Shown here: one piece after another, positions 1-13,364 of the stretch | Numbering within the stretch: the stretch's first letter is position 1 | Layout: each line of letters begins with the position of its first letter | Origin: Stegostoma tigrinum | Lineage: Eukaryota | DNA: 64,000 nt | NCBI RefSeq assembly: GCF_030684315.1 | Contig: NC_081361.1 | Span: 5,853,014-5,917,013, forward strand | Direction of reading: 5' to 3' | Position numbers and translations under genes: made by a program | Notes under the pieces: generated by a model | The model's input: only the letters and a program-made list of their open reading frames with translations | Database searches by the model: none | Told to the model about the DNA's origin: nothing

Positions 1-984
1 TGGGGAGAAAGCAGGAACAGGGTACAGAGTTGGATGATTAACTGTGATGATACTGAATGGTGAAGCAGGTTTGAAGGGCTGAATGGCTACTCCCTGCTCC
101 TATGTACATTGTTTCTATCTGTTTCTCTGATAATGAAGGAAAGTCACTCGTCAATTTGAAACTGGAAGTAACCCCCAAGTAGAGGTGGAAGACGTGGCCA
201 TGTGCTTCATGAATACAGGTAAGGAAGGTGGTTAAGAAGACAAGTGGGGTAAGTTTTTTAACTTTATTCCTTGATGAAATGAAGAATTTGTCAGGAATGG
301 GGAGTTTTAACTTTCAGGAATGATTAGATAGGCTGGGGCTGTTTTCTTTGGGACAGAGGAGACTAAGGGGAGATCTGATGTGGGTGTGTAAAATGGTGAT
401 GGGCCTGGATAGAGTCAATAGGATAGACTGTTTTCCATCAACAGAAAAGGCAATAACCATGGGGAGAGACTGAAATGAATTGGAGATAGGGTTCAACGGA
501 AATTTAGAAGTAATGTTTTTACCCAGAGGTTGATGGGACCCAGGACTCACTGTCTGAAAGTTTGGGAGAGGCAGAAATCCTCATTACTTTGTAAAAAAAC
601 ACTTAGATATTCACTTGAAAGACTAAAACCTCCAAAGCTATGGAGCAAGTGTTGAAAAGTAGGATGGCACTTGATATCTCTTTACCAAACCTCTGATCAC
701 TCACAGATTGGCAGAACTTATTCGAGAACATTGGAGCAGACTGGGATCAACATATTTCAGGAAGGAATCATGTTGGGTGTCTGTGTAGAAGATTCTAGAT
801 TCACTTGGAATGTTGCTGCCCAACACTGGGCTGAGGTCAAGGGTGAGTCTGCAATGGGTTCTCAGTGTCCCGGTGTCAGACAGGGCCACTGTTCCCAATG
901 ACCCCATGACCCTGAAAGGTGTGAGGGTCAGAATCAGGAGATTCCAGCCACAGGGAAAAAGTTGTATGTGTGAAGCTGAAAAGG

Positions 985-2530
985 CTGAAGGTGGATAAAT
1001 CACTCAGGCTGGATGGATTACACCAGATAATTCTGAAGGAGATCACTGAGGAGATTGTGGAGGCATTGTAGATGTGGAGGCATCTGCAATTGATGGAGTT
1101 GGGGCAGGGGAGTGGGGTCAGAGGACAGGAAAATGGCTCACGTGATACCCCTGTTTGAGAAGGGAGGGGGACAGAAGATGGGAAATTACAGGCCAGTTAG
1201 CCTGGACTTGGTTGTTGGTAAGATTTTACACTTCGATTTAAAGATGAGATTGCAGAGGACTTGGAAATGCAATGGTAAAAAGAAGACTGAGTCAGCATCG
1301 GTTCATCAATGGGAGATCATGCTTGATAAATCTGTTAGATTTCTTTGAGGAGGCAATGAACCAGTTAGACAAAGGAGAGTCAGTGGATGTGACCTGCTTG
1401 TATCTCCAGAAGGCCTTTGACATAAGAAAAGAATCCGATATGTTAGGGGCAAGGTCCAGGCATGGACAAAGGATTGGCAGACTGGCAGAAGGCAGAGATT
1501 GGGGATAAGTAGCAGCTGGTGACGAGTGAAATTTTGCAGGGTTCTGTGTTCGGGCCACAACTGTTCACGCTATACATGAACAACCTGGATGAAGGAACAG
1601 AAGGCCTTGTTGCAAAGTTTGCAGATGACACAAAGATTGGTGGGAGGGACAAGTAGTGTTGTGGAACAGGGTAGGCTGCAACAGATCCTAGACAGGCTCA
1701 GAGAGTTGGCAAAGAAATGGCAGATGGAATACAATATAAAATGTGAGGTTTTGCACTTTGGTAGGAAGAAAAAATGCAAAGACTATTTTCTAGATGGGGA
1801 AAGGCTCGAAAATCTGAAGCACAGAGGGACTCAGGAGTCCTTGTTCAGCTTTCTTGATAGTTGACATGTAGGTTCAGTTGGTTGTTAGGAAGACAAATGC
1901 ATTGTTAGCATTCATTTCAGTAGAGTTAGAATGTAAGAGCAGAGATGTTCTGCTGAGGCAGTATAAGGCTCTGGTCAGACCATATTTAGAATATCGCAAG
2001 CAGTTTTGGGATGCATGTCTTAAGGAACAATACATTGGCATTGGAGCGATTCAGATGAGGTTTACAAGAATGATGCTCGGAATGAAGAGTTTGTTATATG
2101 AGGAGAAGTTGAGTACCCTGGGTCTGTACTCTATGTAGTTTAGAAGGATGAGGGGTTCTGATTGAAACTTACAGAATCCTGCAAGGCCTGGACAGAGTGG
2201 ATGAGGAGAAGATATTTACACAAGTAGGAGAGGCTGGGACCCAAGGGCATAGCCTCAAGGTGAAGGGACAACCCTTTACAGCTGAGAGGAGAAGGCATTT
2301 CTTCAGCCAGAAAGAGGTTAATCTGTGGAATGCATTGACACAGAAGGGTGTGGAGGCCAAGTCAGTGACTGTGTTTAAGACAGAGATAGGTAGATTCTTA
2401 ATTGACAAAAGTATCAAACGTTCCATGGAAAAGGCAGGAGAATGGAGTTGCAAAGCATATCTACCAAGATCAAAATGCAGAGCAGACTCAATGGGGCGGA
2501 ATGGCTGATTTCTGCTCCTGTTCCTTGAAG
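985..2530 (+). mobile_element. Degenerate CR1-clade LINE, ORF2 RT and 3' end
   Basis: Frameshifted peptides PLFEKG..GNYRPVSL, SCLINLLDFFE, KFADDTK, YKALVRPYLEY. Confidence 0.85.
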
Positions 2531-3639
2531 TCTTCTGGAGAGTTTGTCCAAAATACTGAAACCACTGGATTGTGAGCCCTGCTGTAACTGTTTGTCATCC
2601 GAACATTGTCAATCGATAACCAGGGGGTGGAGAGTATGTGCATCCTATTCTTTGTGGTAATTTCAGGATGCTTCCCGGATCCTGGAATACCATGAGTGCA
2701 GGAAGCGTGGTCAGTGACAGCAGTTGGAGCTCTTGGGTTTCGGAGCTTGAGCAGTAGTTGGTGTCAGTGTGCAGAGTCCATGAGGCTGAGAGCTCCGTGG
2801 AAAGCACGTTTCAAGATGCGGTCACTCCACAGCTTCAGAGTACGCAGGGAGAGAGGTGGTAGGGGAGCAGCAGGCAGCCCAAAAGGACCAGGTAGCTAGT
2901 GCAGGAGTCCCCTGAGTATATCCCACTCTCCAACCAGGATTCAGTTCAGAATCCTGATGGGAATGATAGTTCATCTGGCAATTGGAGCCAGAGCCAAGAC
3001 CAGGGCACCATGGGTGGCCCAGCTGTCTGGGGGTGGGCATGAGGAGGCATAAGGAAGACTGGAAGAGCGCTAGTGAGAAGGGATTTGAGAGCAAGAGCAA
3101 TCGAGAGCAGCTGCAGATGGTAATCCTGAACGGCAAGTTGTCTCCCTGGTGCCAGTGTCAAGGATGTCACTGAGCAGCTGCAGAGCACCCTGAGCAGAGA
3201 ACGGGAATGGTCAGCTGCTGTGATCCACATCGGTCCCAGTGACAGTGGGAGAAAAGGGATGTGGTCCTGCAGTCAGAATTTAGGGAGATTGGCAGGGAAT
3301 TAGCAGCAGTGAGGTGAATGTGCGGCTGGAAAGAGGTTCTGGGAGACAGGCCTTTAGATTCTTTGCACATTGGGACTGGCTGTGGTGGGGGTGGGAAATG
3401 GACAGTCTGCATACTCCTGAGCAGAGCTGGGACTGAGTTCTTTGTGGGCTGATTTGCTCGTGCTATTGGAGATGTTTTACACTAACGTGGCTGTGCTGTG
3501 GGAACCAGGAGGGAATATGAGAGAGGAACGCCAAGGTCTACGGTATCCTCAGCACGGTCTGCAGGTAACCAGTGAGAAGGAAGTAAAGGAACAAATCGGT
3601 GAGGAATTTACCGAAACCCGCAAACATTGCAGAGTTGTT

Positions 3640-4490
3640 ATGGACTTTGACAGGATGCAGAGCTGGGCAAAGATGTGGCAGATGGAATTCAACCCAGAAA
3701 AGTGTGAAGTGATTCATTTTGGAAGGTCAAATTTGAATGCAGAATACAGGGTTAATAGCAGGATTCTTGGCAGTGTGAAGGAACAGAGGGATCTTGGGGT
3801 CCATGTCCATAGATCCCTCAAAGTTGCTACCCAAGTTGACAGGATTGTAAAGAAGGGGCATTGTGTGTTGGTTTTCATTGGCAGGGGAATTGAGTTTAAG
3901 AGCAGTGAGGTAATGCTGCAGTTCTCCAAAACTCTGGTCAGACCACACTTGGAATATTGTGTTCAGTTCTGGTCGCCTCATTATAAGAAGAATGTGGAAG
4001 CTGTGGAGACGGTGCAGAGGACAACATTTACAAGGATGCTGCCTGGATTGGAGGGCAGGTCTAATGAGGAAAGGTAGAGGGAGCTAGGGCTATTTTCATT
4101 TGAATGAAGAAGGATGAGAGGTGAATTGATAGAGGTGTACAAGATGATGAGGCATAGATAGGGCGGACAGTCAGAGACTTTTTTCCCAGGGCAGAAATGA
4201 CTATTACAAGGGGGCATAATTTTAAGGTAACTGCAGGAAGGTGTAGGGGAGATATCACAGATAGGTTCTTCACACAGAGAGTGGTGGGCATGTGGAATGT
4301 GCTGCTGGCAGTGGTAGTGGAGTCAGATACTTTAGCGACTTTTCAGCAACTCTTGGAAAGGCACATGGAGGATAGTAAAACATAGGGTATGCAGGATCGA
4401 TCGATCTTAGCAGGAGAATAGGTCAGCACAACATTGTGGGCCAAAGGGGCTGTATTGTGCTGTACTGTTCTCTGCTTGATGTTCTCTGTT
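3640..4490 (+). mobile_element. 5'-truncated CR1 LINE 3' fragment
   Basis: WQMEFNPEKCEVIHFGR...LVRPHLEYCVQFWSP and the typical 3' tail. Confidence 0.85.
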
Positions 4491-5184
4491 ATAATGGAGG
4501 ACATTACTTATCCGAATATAGGCTTGGATAGGAGCAGTGTGAAAGGCAGAGAGTGGCCAGAGTTATGAGAGTGTGTTCAGGCAAATTTTCCTCAGCTGTG
4601 TGTTTCCAGAACAATGAGAAAGGAGGATCTGCTAGACCTTAATCTTGGAAATGATGGAGGCCCAAGTAGGTCAAGTGTCACTCAGAAGTCATTTAGGGAG
4701 CGTGATCTTGTATCACAAGGTTTAAGATGGCAGAGGAAAAGACCAAAGACCATTTCAGGGTCAAAATGGTTCACTGGGGAAAGTGCCAATTCCATGTGGT
4801 AAGGACACATCAGGTCTGAACCAACAAGGGTCAAAGGTTGGCAGGAAAGCCATGAGGTGAATAATAGGGGATGTAGACCTGGGACAGTCAATGTATATTT
4901 GAGGGAAGGCAAAAAATTCCTGATCTCTTTTGAGAGCAAAAGTGATAGAATGATGTCGAATAAGGAAAAGGCAAAAGAGTAAGTGGGGAGAGAATAGGGT
5001 CCCTCAAACGTGAGTGTCGCCACCTATGTGTGGGGCCATAGGAGATGGGTGAGATCTTAAATGGATATTTTGTCTCAATATTTATCATGGAGAAAGAACG
5101 AAAGCTCAGTAACTTGAGGAAATAAATAGTTCAGTCTTGACAATATTCCTCATGGCATAAGAGGGGTTTTTAAAATGCATAAAG

Positions 5185-6928
5185 ATAGAACATAGAACAT
5201 AGAACAGTACAGCACAGAACAGGCCCTTCAGCCCACAATGTTGTGCCGACCATTGATCCTCATGTATGCACCCTCAAATTTCTGTGACCATATACATGTC
5301 CAGCAGTCTCTTAAATGACCCCAATGACCTTGCTTCCACAACTGCTGCTGGCAACGCATTCCATGCTCTCACAACTCTCTGCGTAAAGAACCTGCCTCTG
5401 ACATCCCCTCTATACTTTCCACCAACCAGCTTAAAACTATGACCCCTCGTGCTAGCCATTTCTGCCCTGGGAAATAGTCTCTAGCTATCAACTCTATCTA
5501 TGCCTCTCATTATCTTGTATACCTCAATTAGGTCCCCTCTCCTCCTCCTTTTCTCCAATGAAAAGAGACCAAGCTCAGTCAACCTCTCTTCGTAAGATAA
5601 GCCCTCCAGTCCAGGCAGCATCCTGGTAAACCTCCTCTGAACCCTCTCCAAAGCATCCACATCTTTCCTATAATAGGGCGCCCAGAACTGGACGCAGTAT
5701 TCCAAGTGCGGTCTAACCAAAGTTTTATAGAGCTGCAACAAGATCTCACGACTCTTAAACTCAATCCCCCTGTTAATGAAAGCCAAAACACCATATGCTT
5801 TCTTAACAACCCTGTCCAATTGGGTGGCCATTTTAAGGGATCTATGTATCTGCACACCAAGATCCCTCTGTTCCTCCACGCTGCCAAGAATCCTATCCTT
5901 AATCCTGTACTCAGCTTTCAAATTCGACCTTCCAAAATGCATCACCTCACATTTATCCAGGTTGAACTCCATCTGCCACCTCTCAGCCCATCTCTGCATC
6001 CTGTCAATGTCCCGCTGCAGCCTACAACAGTCCTCTACACTGTCAACGACACCTCCGACCTTTGTGTCGTCTGCAAACTTGCTGACCCATCCTTCAATTC
6101 CCTCGTCCAAGTCATTAATAAAAATTACAAACAGTAGAGGCCCAAGGACAGAGCCCTGTGGAACTCCACTCACCACTGACTTCCAGGCAGAATATTTTCC
6201 TTCTACTACCACTCGCTGTCTTCTGTTGGCCAGCCAATTCTGTATCCAAGCAGCTAAGTTCCCCTGTATCCCATTCCTCCTGACCTTCTGAATGAGCCTA
6301 CCATGGGGAACCTTATCAAATGCCTTACTGAAGTCCATATACACCACATCCACAGCTCGATCCTCATCAACCTTTCTAGTCACATCCTCAAAAAACTCGA
6401 TAAGGTTTGTAAGGCTTGACCTACCCCTCACAAAGCCGTGTTGACTGTATTTGATCAAGCCATGCTCTTCCAGATGGTCATAAATCTTATCCCTCAGAAT
6501 CCTTTCTAACACCTTGCAGACGACAGACATGAGACTTACCGGTCTATAATTGCCGGGGATTTCCCTATTTCCTTTCTTGAAGAGAGGAATTACATTTGCC
6601 TCTCTCCAGTCCTCAGGTACGACTCCAGTGGAGAGCGAGGATGCAAAGATCTTCGCAAGTGGCGAAGCAATTGCATTTCTCGCTTCCCAAAGCAGCCGAG
6701 GACAAATCTGATCCAGGCCTGGCGACTTGTCAATCTTAATGTTTGACAAAATTTTCAGCACATCAGCTTCGTCTATCTCTATCCATTCCAGCATGCACAC
6801 CTGCTCTTCAAAGGTTTCATTCACTACAAAGTTGGTTTCTTTCGTAAAGACAGAAGCAAAAAACTCATTTAGGGCTTCCCCTACCTCCTCAGGCTCCACA
6901 CACAAGTTCCCTATGCTATCCCTGATCG
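5185..6928 (-). mobile_element. Young 5'-truncated CR1 (HER1-like) LINE with long open RT frame
   Basis: About 480 uninterrupted codons with GNYRPVSL, DFSKAFDKVPH, SGVPQGSVLGP, KFADDTK; (TTCTATG)n-type tail at 5185-5205. Confidence 0.93.
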
Positions 6929-7957
6929 GTAGATAAATTTCTGCCACTTGATCAAGTGTATCCCAGACTTTGTGGGAAGCTAAGAAACTGATTACTGGGC
7001 CCCTTGCTGAGATATTTGTATCATTGGCAGACACAGGTGAGCTAATGACAGACTCAAGGGTAGCTAATGTTGTGCAACTACTTAAGAAAGGCTGAAAAGT
7101 AAGCCCAGTGAGCATTCGACTGGTGAGCCAATGTCAATGGTGAGTAAATTGTTGGAGAGGATTCTGACAGATATGTTTTACATGCAATTGGAAAGGCAAG
7201 GTTAGGGATAGTCAATGTTATTTTGTGCACAGGAAATGAGGTCTTAGCAACTTGACTGAGGTTTTTTTGAAAGGGTGATAAAGAGGATTGATGCAGGCAG
7301 AAGAGTAAACATTGTCTACATGGAATTCAGCAAAGTGTTCCACATGGTTCAGCATGGTAGACTGGTTAGTAAGGTTAGATCACATGGGATCCAGATGGAG
7401 CTGGCCATTTTTATACAAAATTGGTTTGAAGATAGGTGGCAGAGGGTTGCTTTTCACACTGGATGTCCGTGACTCATTGTGTGCTGCAAGGATTGGTGCG
7501 GGTTCAAATGCTTTTCATCATTTGAATAAACAATTTAATGTGAATTTAGAAGGTATTGTTAATAAGTTTGTAAATGACAATAAAATTGGTGGAACAGCGG
7601 ATAGTGAAGAAGATTATTTCATAGTAATGGGACCTTGATCAGACAGGGCAACATATGGAGGAGTGGAAGCCAGAGTTCAATTTAGATAAATGTGAGGCAA
7701 ACTAGGGCAGGACAGTTAATGGGAGGGCAATGCGGAGTGTTGCTGAGCAGACACCTATGGATGCAAGTGCAGTTTTCCTTGAAACTGGAGTGATAGGGAG
7801 TTAGAGTGATGAAGAATGCATTTAGCGTGGTTGTCTTTATAGGTCACTACATTGCGTATATGAGTTGGGACATCATATTGCGGTTATACAGGAGATTGAT
7901 GTGGCCACTTTTCGAATATTGTGAACAATTCTGATCTTCTATAACAAGGATGTTGTT

Positions 7958-10912
7958 AAACCAATGACATCTCCAGGAATGAGATTACGGATCTGAAAAG
8001 GGATGACAGAGAGCTAGGTTGGAAGCTGAAGAGCAGGACGAGTAGAGTAGTGTTCTCAGGTTTACTACCAGTGCCACGAGATAGCGAGGTGAGGAACAGC
8101 CAGCGAGTGCAGCTTAACACATGGCTGCGCAGCTGGGGCAGGAAGGAGGCTTCAGATACATAGACCATTGGGATGCCTTCTGGGGAAGGTGGGACCTGTA
8201 CATGAAGGACGGGGTGCACCTGAACTGGAGGGACACAAATGTCCTGGGTGGGCAATTTGCTTGAGTGGTTCGGGAGGGTTTAAACTAGTTTGGCAGGGGG
8301 GGTGGGAACCAGGGCAACACATCTGAGGGGGGACGGGGGGGCGTAGTGGCAGATGTGGCAGTGGCAGGATGCAGTGAATCTACCGGAAGGTTTTTCATGT
8401 GATGGAACGAAGGGATCAGTTAAAATGTGTCTGCTTTAAAGCAAGGAGTGTCAAAAATAAGAGTGATCAACTTTGAGCATGGATCAGTACTTGGGACTAT
8501 GATGTTGTGGCCATAATGGAGATGTGGGTTTCACAGGGGCAGGAATGGTTGCTAGATGATTCAGGATTTAGAACATTTAAAAAGAACAGGGAGGGTAGAA
8601 AAAGAGGAGGGTGTGTAGCGTTGCTAATCAGAGAGTGCATCACAGCAAGAGGAATGAAGGTTGCCGAGGAAGGTTTGTCGACTGGGTCAGTATGGATGGA
8701 AGTTAGGAACAGCAAGGGAGCAGTCACCTCATTGGGGGTTTTCTACAGACCCCCAAATAGCAGTAGGGAGATCAAAGAACTCATTGGCCAGCAGATTGTT
8801 GAAAAGTGCAAATGTAGCAGGGTTGTTGTTAAGGGTGACTTCAACTTTCCCAATATTGATTGGAACCACCTTAGTGCAGATGGTTTGAATGGAGCCGTTT
8901 TTGTCAGCTGTGAGCAATTGTTCCACAAAAAGGGCACAACAGACATGTGGAGACTGTTTAAGGAGCAGTTGTTGCAAGTGATGCATAAATTGTTCCTCTG
9001 AGACAGGTAAGAAGGGGAAAGATTAAGGAGCCTTGAATGATGGGAACAGAGGTGTTTCATGTCAAAAAGAAAAAGGCAGCTTACGTCAGGTGGAGGAAGC
9101 AAGGGTCGAGCACAGCTATAGACAATTACAGGCTTGCTCGGAAGGAGCTCAAAAGTGGACTGAGGAGGGCCAGGAGGGGGCACAAAAAAGGATTGGCAGG
9201 AAAGCTTAGGGAGAACCCGAAGGCATTTTACTCATACATGAGGAATAAGAGAATGATCAGGTAGAAGGTAGGGCTGACGAGGGATAGCAAGGGGACTTGT
9301 GCGTGGAGTCTGAGCAGATCAGGGAAGACCTAAGTAAGTTTTTTGCTTCGGTTTTCACTAAGGAAAGGGACCTTGCTGTGAATGAGAGCTTTGAGGAGTA
9401 GGGAAACAGGTTTGAACAGATCGAGATTTAGGAAGTTGATGTGCTTGAAATTTTGGCAAACATTAAGATCGATAAGTCCCCAGGGCTAGACCAGGTTTAT
9501 CCTAGGTTGCTCTAGATAGTGAGAAAGGAGGTTGCTAAGCCACTGGCAAAGATCTTTGCTTCCTCACTCTCCACGGGAGTCGAACTGGAAGATTGGAGGG
9601 AGGCAAATGTTGCTCCTCTTTTCAAGAAAGGGAATAAGGAAATGCCTGGAAATTACAGATCAGTCAGTCTTACGTCTGTGGCTAGCAAGGTTTTGGAAAG
9701 ATTTCTGAGAGATAAGATTTATGACTATTTGGAAAAGCATAGCGTGATTAAAGGGAGTCATTTGATAAGGTTCCCCACGCAGGCTCATTCATAGAGTCAG
9801 GAGGTATGCGATACAGGGTGATTTGGCTGTCTGGAATCAGAATTGGTTGGCTGACAGGAGGCAGAGACTGGTTGTAGATCGTAAATATTCTGCCTGGAGG
9901 TCAGTGCTGAGTGGTGTCCCGCAAGGCTCTGTTCTTGGGCCTCTGCTCTTTGTAGTTTTTATAAATGACTTGGATGAGGAGGTTGAGGGGTGGGTTAGTA
10001 TGTTTGCTGATGACACAAAGGTTGGAGGTGCCGTTGATAGTATTGAGGGCCATTGCAGGCTTCAGCGAGACATTGACAGTATGCAGAGCTGGGCTGAGAA
10101 ATGGCAGATGGAGTTCAACCTGGATAAATGCAGAGTGATGCATTTTGGAAGGTCGAGCCTAAATGTTGAATATAGGATTAAAGGCAGGATTCTCGGCAGT
10201 GTGGAGGAACAGCGGGATCTTGGTGTTCAAGTGCATAGCTCCAAAAGTTGCTACCCAAGTGGATAAGGTTGTTAAGAAAGCATATGGTGTTTTGGTTTTC
10301 ATTAACAGGGGGATCAAGTTTAAGAGCCGCGAGGTTTTGCTGCAGCTCTACAAAACCCTGGTGAGACCACACTTGGAATATTGTGTCCAGTTCTGGTCGC
10401 CCTATTATAGGAAAGATGTGGAGGCTTTGGAGAGGGCAAAGGAGGTTTACCAGGATGCTGCCTGGACTGGAGGGCTTGTCTTACGAGGAGACATTGACTG
10501 AGCTCAGACTTTTCTCTCTGGAGAGCAGGAGGAAGAGAGGTGACCTGATCGAGGGGTACAAGGTAATGGGGGGCATAGATAGAGTCGATAGCCAGAGACT
10601 TTTCCCCAGGGCAGGATTGACTGCCACAAGGGGTCATAGTTTCAAGGTGTTAGGAGGAAGGGTTAGAGGAGATGTCAGAGGGAGGTTCTTCACCCAGAGA
10701 GCTGTGAACGCATGGAATACTTTGCCAGTGGTAGTCATGGAAACAGAGTCATTAGTGACATTTAAGCAACTGCTGGACATGCACATGGACAGCAGTGAAT
10801 TGAGGGGAACGTAGGTTAGGTTATTTTATTTTTGGATTAGGATTAATCCACGGCACAACATCGTGGGCCGAAGGGCCTGTACTGTGCTGTACTTTTCTAT
10901 GCTCTATGTTCT
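7958..10912 (+). mobile_element. CR1 LINE with ORF1 esterase tail, endonuclease and RT remnants, internally deleted
   Basis: DGVHLNW (ORF1 SGNH-like), GVFYRPPNS and GDFNFPNIDW (APE endonuclease), GVPQGSVLGP and FADDTK (RT), tail ttctatgctctatgttct. Confidence 0.9.
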
Positions 10913-12470
10913 TAAATGGGTACTGAAGAGGCTTACAAAGATGTTGTCAGGGTTGGAGGTTTTGAACTGTAGGAAGCGGCTAATTGGCTAGAACTATTTT
11001 CCCTGGAGCATCAGAGGCCGAGGCGTGTCCTTATAGAGGTTTATAATATCATGAGGGGCATGGGTAGGGTAAATGTCCAAGGTCTTTTCCTTGGGAAGGG
11101 GGGTCGGAAACTAGAGGGCCAAGGCTTAAGGTGAAAGGAGAGAGATTCAAAAGGGACCTGTTGGGTAGCTTTTCACCCACAGAGGGTGTTGCGCATATGG
11201 ATCGAGCTGCCAGAGGAAGTGGTGAAGGAAGTTACAATTGCAGCATTCCTGAAAGACATCTGAATGGATACATGAATAGGAAGGTTTTAGAGGGATATGG
11301 GCTAAATGCTGGCAAATGGGATGAGAGAAACAGTTTAGGATATCAGCTCGGTGTGAACGTGTTGGGCTGAACGGCCTGTTTCCATGCTGTATGACTGCAT
11401 GACTGTGAGAGGCTGGTAAGGCTATGACTTTTTACCCTGAAGCATAGGAGGCTGGGGTGTGGCCTGATGAGTTTCATAAAATCATGCTGGCCATTGAAAA
11501 TGTGAATAATTCAGGAAGGACACAAATGTTTTGTCGAGGTAGCAAAATATATTCCCAAAGATGCATCCAGGGATGAGGGGCGTCCATTATGAAGATAGAT
11601 TAGAGAGCTTTGGACCTTGTTAGAGAAGAGAGGGCCGAGACGAGGTTTGTTTGAGGTATTCAACGTCAGGAGGGAGCGGGACAGAGTAAATGGGGAGAAA
11701 ATGTTGCCACTTGTGAAAAAATTGAAAGTGCGAGGCCACAGATTAAAAGTAATTGGTAAGAGAAGCAGAAGTGACATGGAGAAAAACATTTTCAGCCAGT
11801 GATTGGTTAAGGTATGGGATGCACTGCCTGAGAGTGTGGTGGAGGCAGCTTCAATTGAAACATCCCAAAGGGAATGAGGCTGTTATTTGAAAAGGAACAA
11901 CATGCAGGGTGACAGGGAAAAGGCAGGAGAATGACACTCAGTGAGTAGTTCTTTCGGAGAGCCAGTCCAAACACGATGGGTGGAATGGCCTCTGTGTGCA
12001 CTGTAACAATTCAGTGAGTGTGTGATTGAGCAGAGATGAAGCTTGGGGAAGTGGGAGCTCAGTGTCTCACGGTGCTGCTGCTGCTGCTGCTGCTGCTGCA
12101 GCTGGGGTCAGTGAGATCAGAGGCTGGGACTGGGAGCCAGAGCTCACATCAAACTCTGCCCGCGTCTGTCACACTGCGGCTGGCAGGAGGTCACTCACTG
12201 ATTTCACTCCACGCTGCAGGAATATGACCGCTGGCTGCAAACAGACACAGCTCCTCCACATGGTGAGTAAAACTTACTGACATATCTTACTGCTTAAAGG
12301 GGGCAATGGAACTAAAGAAATACAGGTGGGTCCATTGTTAGACACAGTGCTCCTCAATCAAACATTTCATTCACTGCAGCTCACCACTAACACCTTCAAC
12401 AATCAGCATTTATGTTTTCAAAAGTTTCAGCATCGAAAGGGTTAATATTGGAGTATTGTGGTTTACTTAC

Positions 12471-12505
12471 TCAGTCTGAGCTTGGTTCCTTTACCAAACG
12501 TAAGC
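12471..12505 (-). CDS. IGKJ: Ig kappa J segment, cluster A: LTFGKGTKLRL(S)
   Basis: FGxGT motif directly after the heptamer; GTAAGT donor at 12470-12465. Confidence 0.95.
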
Positions 12506-12544
12506 CACAGTGAGAGCTCCCAGTGCAGAGGCTGTACATAAACC
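12506..12544 (-). other. 23-bp-spacer RSS of cluster A J (GGTTTATGT-23-CACTGTG)
   Basis: Nonamer 12544-12536, 23-nt spacer, heptamer 12512-12506; identical to the cluster B J RSS. V12/J23 is the kappa-type configuration. Confidence 0.95.
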
Positions 12545-12668
12545 TCTGCTCTCTTTTCCCTCTGTCACTCTCACCCTCTCTCTGTCTCTCACTCACTCTC
12601 CCTGTCTTTCTCTCTCTCACGCACACTCCTCCTCTCCATCTCTCTGTCTCCCTCTGTCTCTCTTCGTC

Positions 12669-12703
<35 letters not shown>

Positions 12704-13038
12704 CTCTCGTTCACTTGTGTCTTTTTCGCTCTTTGGTTTTCTCATTCTGTTCCTCTCTCTGTCTCTATCTCACCACCGCCACCCCCCAACCCCGTCTCTC
12801 TCTGGTTTGTGTCCAGCTGGGATTGGGTGAGTTTTCAACATTATTTTCGATGTTAAATCTTACAGCTGCTCTTCACATGTGGCCAAGGGAAACATGAGGC
12901 CTTCAGTGAGCGGTGGACACCACAGGGACTGGAGTGTGTAGTGGGCAGTGTCAATTCTGGAATGGGGTCATTTGTTCACTTTCATTTAAATATAACTGTG
13001 GGATGTGTCACTGCAGGGAGTGGTGCTGTGTGTATTGA

Positions 13039-13066
13039 GGTTTCTGTGCAGTTCTGTATCACTGTG
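13039..13066 (-). other. 12-bp-spacer RSS of cluster A V (CACAGTG-12-ACAGAAACC)
   Basis: Heptamer 13066-13060, spacer 13059-13048, nonamer 13047-13039 with one mismatch to consensus. Confidence 0.95.
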
Positions 13067-13364
13067 TCGGCATAGCTCTTATACTGCTGACAGTAATAGT
13101 CAGCGACATCCTCATTCTGAACGTTGCTGATTGTCAGGGTGAAACTTGTCCCTGATCCACTGCCGCTGAATCGCTCGGAGACTCCTGTGAATCGATTTGA
13201 TGCATAATAGATCAGGAGAGAGGGTTTCTGTCCTTCTCGCTGTTGGTACCAAGCAAGGTAGCTGCTAACAGATTGACTGGCCGTACAGGTGATGGTTGCA
13301 GTCTGGCCCAGCCCCACTGACAGCACCGGGGGAGACTGGCTCATGGTGATGTCCCCACTGATAC
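13067..13364 (-). CDS. IGKV: Ig kappa V exon, cluster A, apparently intact: [99 protein letters not shown]
   Basis: Acceptor ctctctgacccctcag; canonical Cys, [13 protein letters not shown] and DVADYYC motifs; ends at the RSS heptamer; resembles shark type III/NS4 (kappa) V. Confidence 0.96.

Larger units (their letters stand above)
4490..11400 (+). mobile_element. Old host CR1 LINE sequence split by two younger insertions (5185-6928 and 7958-10912)
   Basis: Host frame KCIK|VDK resumes across 5184/6929 and KDVVK|..VLKRLT across 7957/10913. Confidence 0.7.

Noticed and set aside
5481-7115. 544-aa ORF as a host gene or active LINE
   Set aside because: It is a 5'-truncated CR1 ORF2; its first ~60 codons are antisense read-through of the older host LINE, and it lacks endonuclease and ORF1.
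12510-12897. Leu/Ser-rich or Val/Cys-rich ORFs (also 23344-23605, 23993-24464, 38878-39235)
   Set aside because: Translations of CT/GA and CA microsatellites.
12471-13364. Germline-joined VJ, common in cartilaginous fish
   Set aside because: Both clusters retain intact RSSs and 561-bp / 486-bp spacers, so they are split genes.
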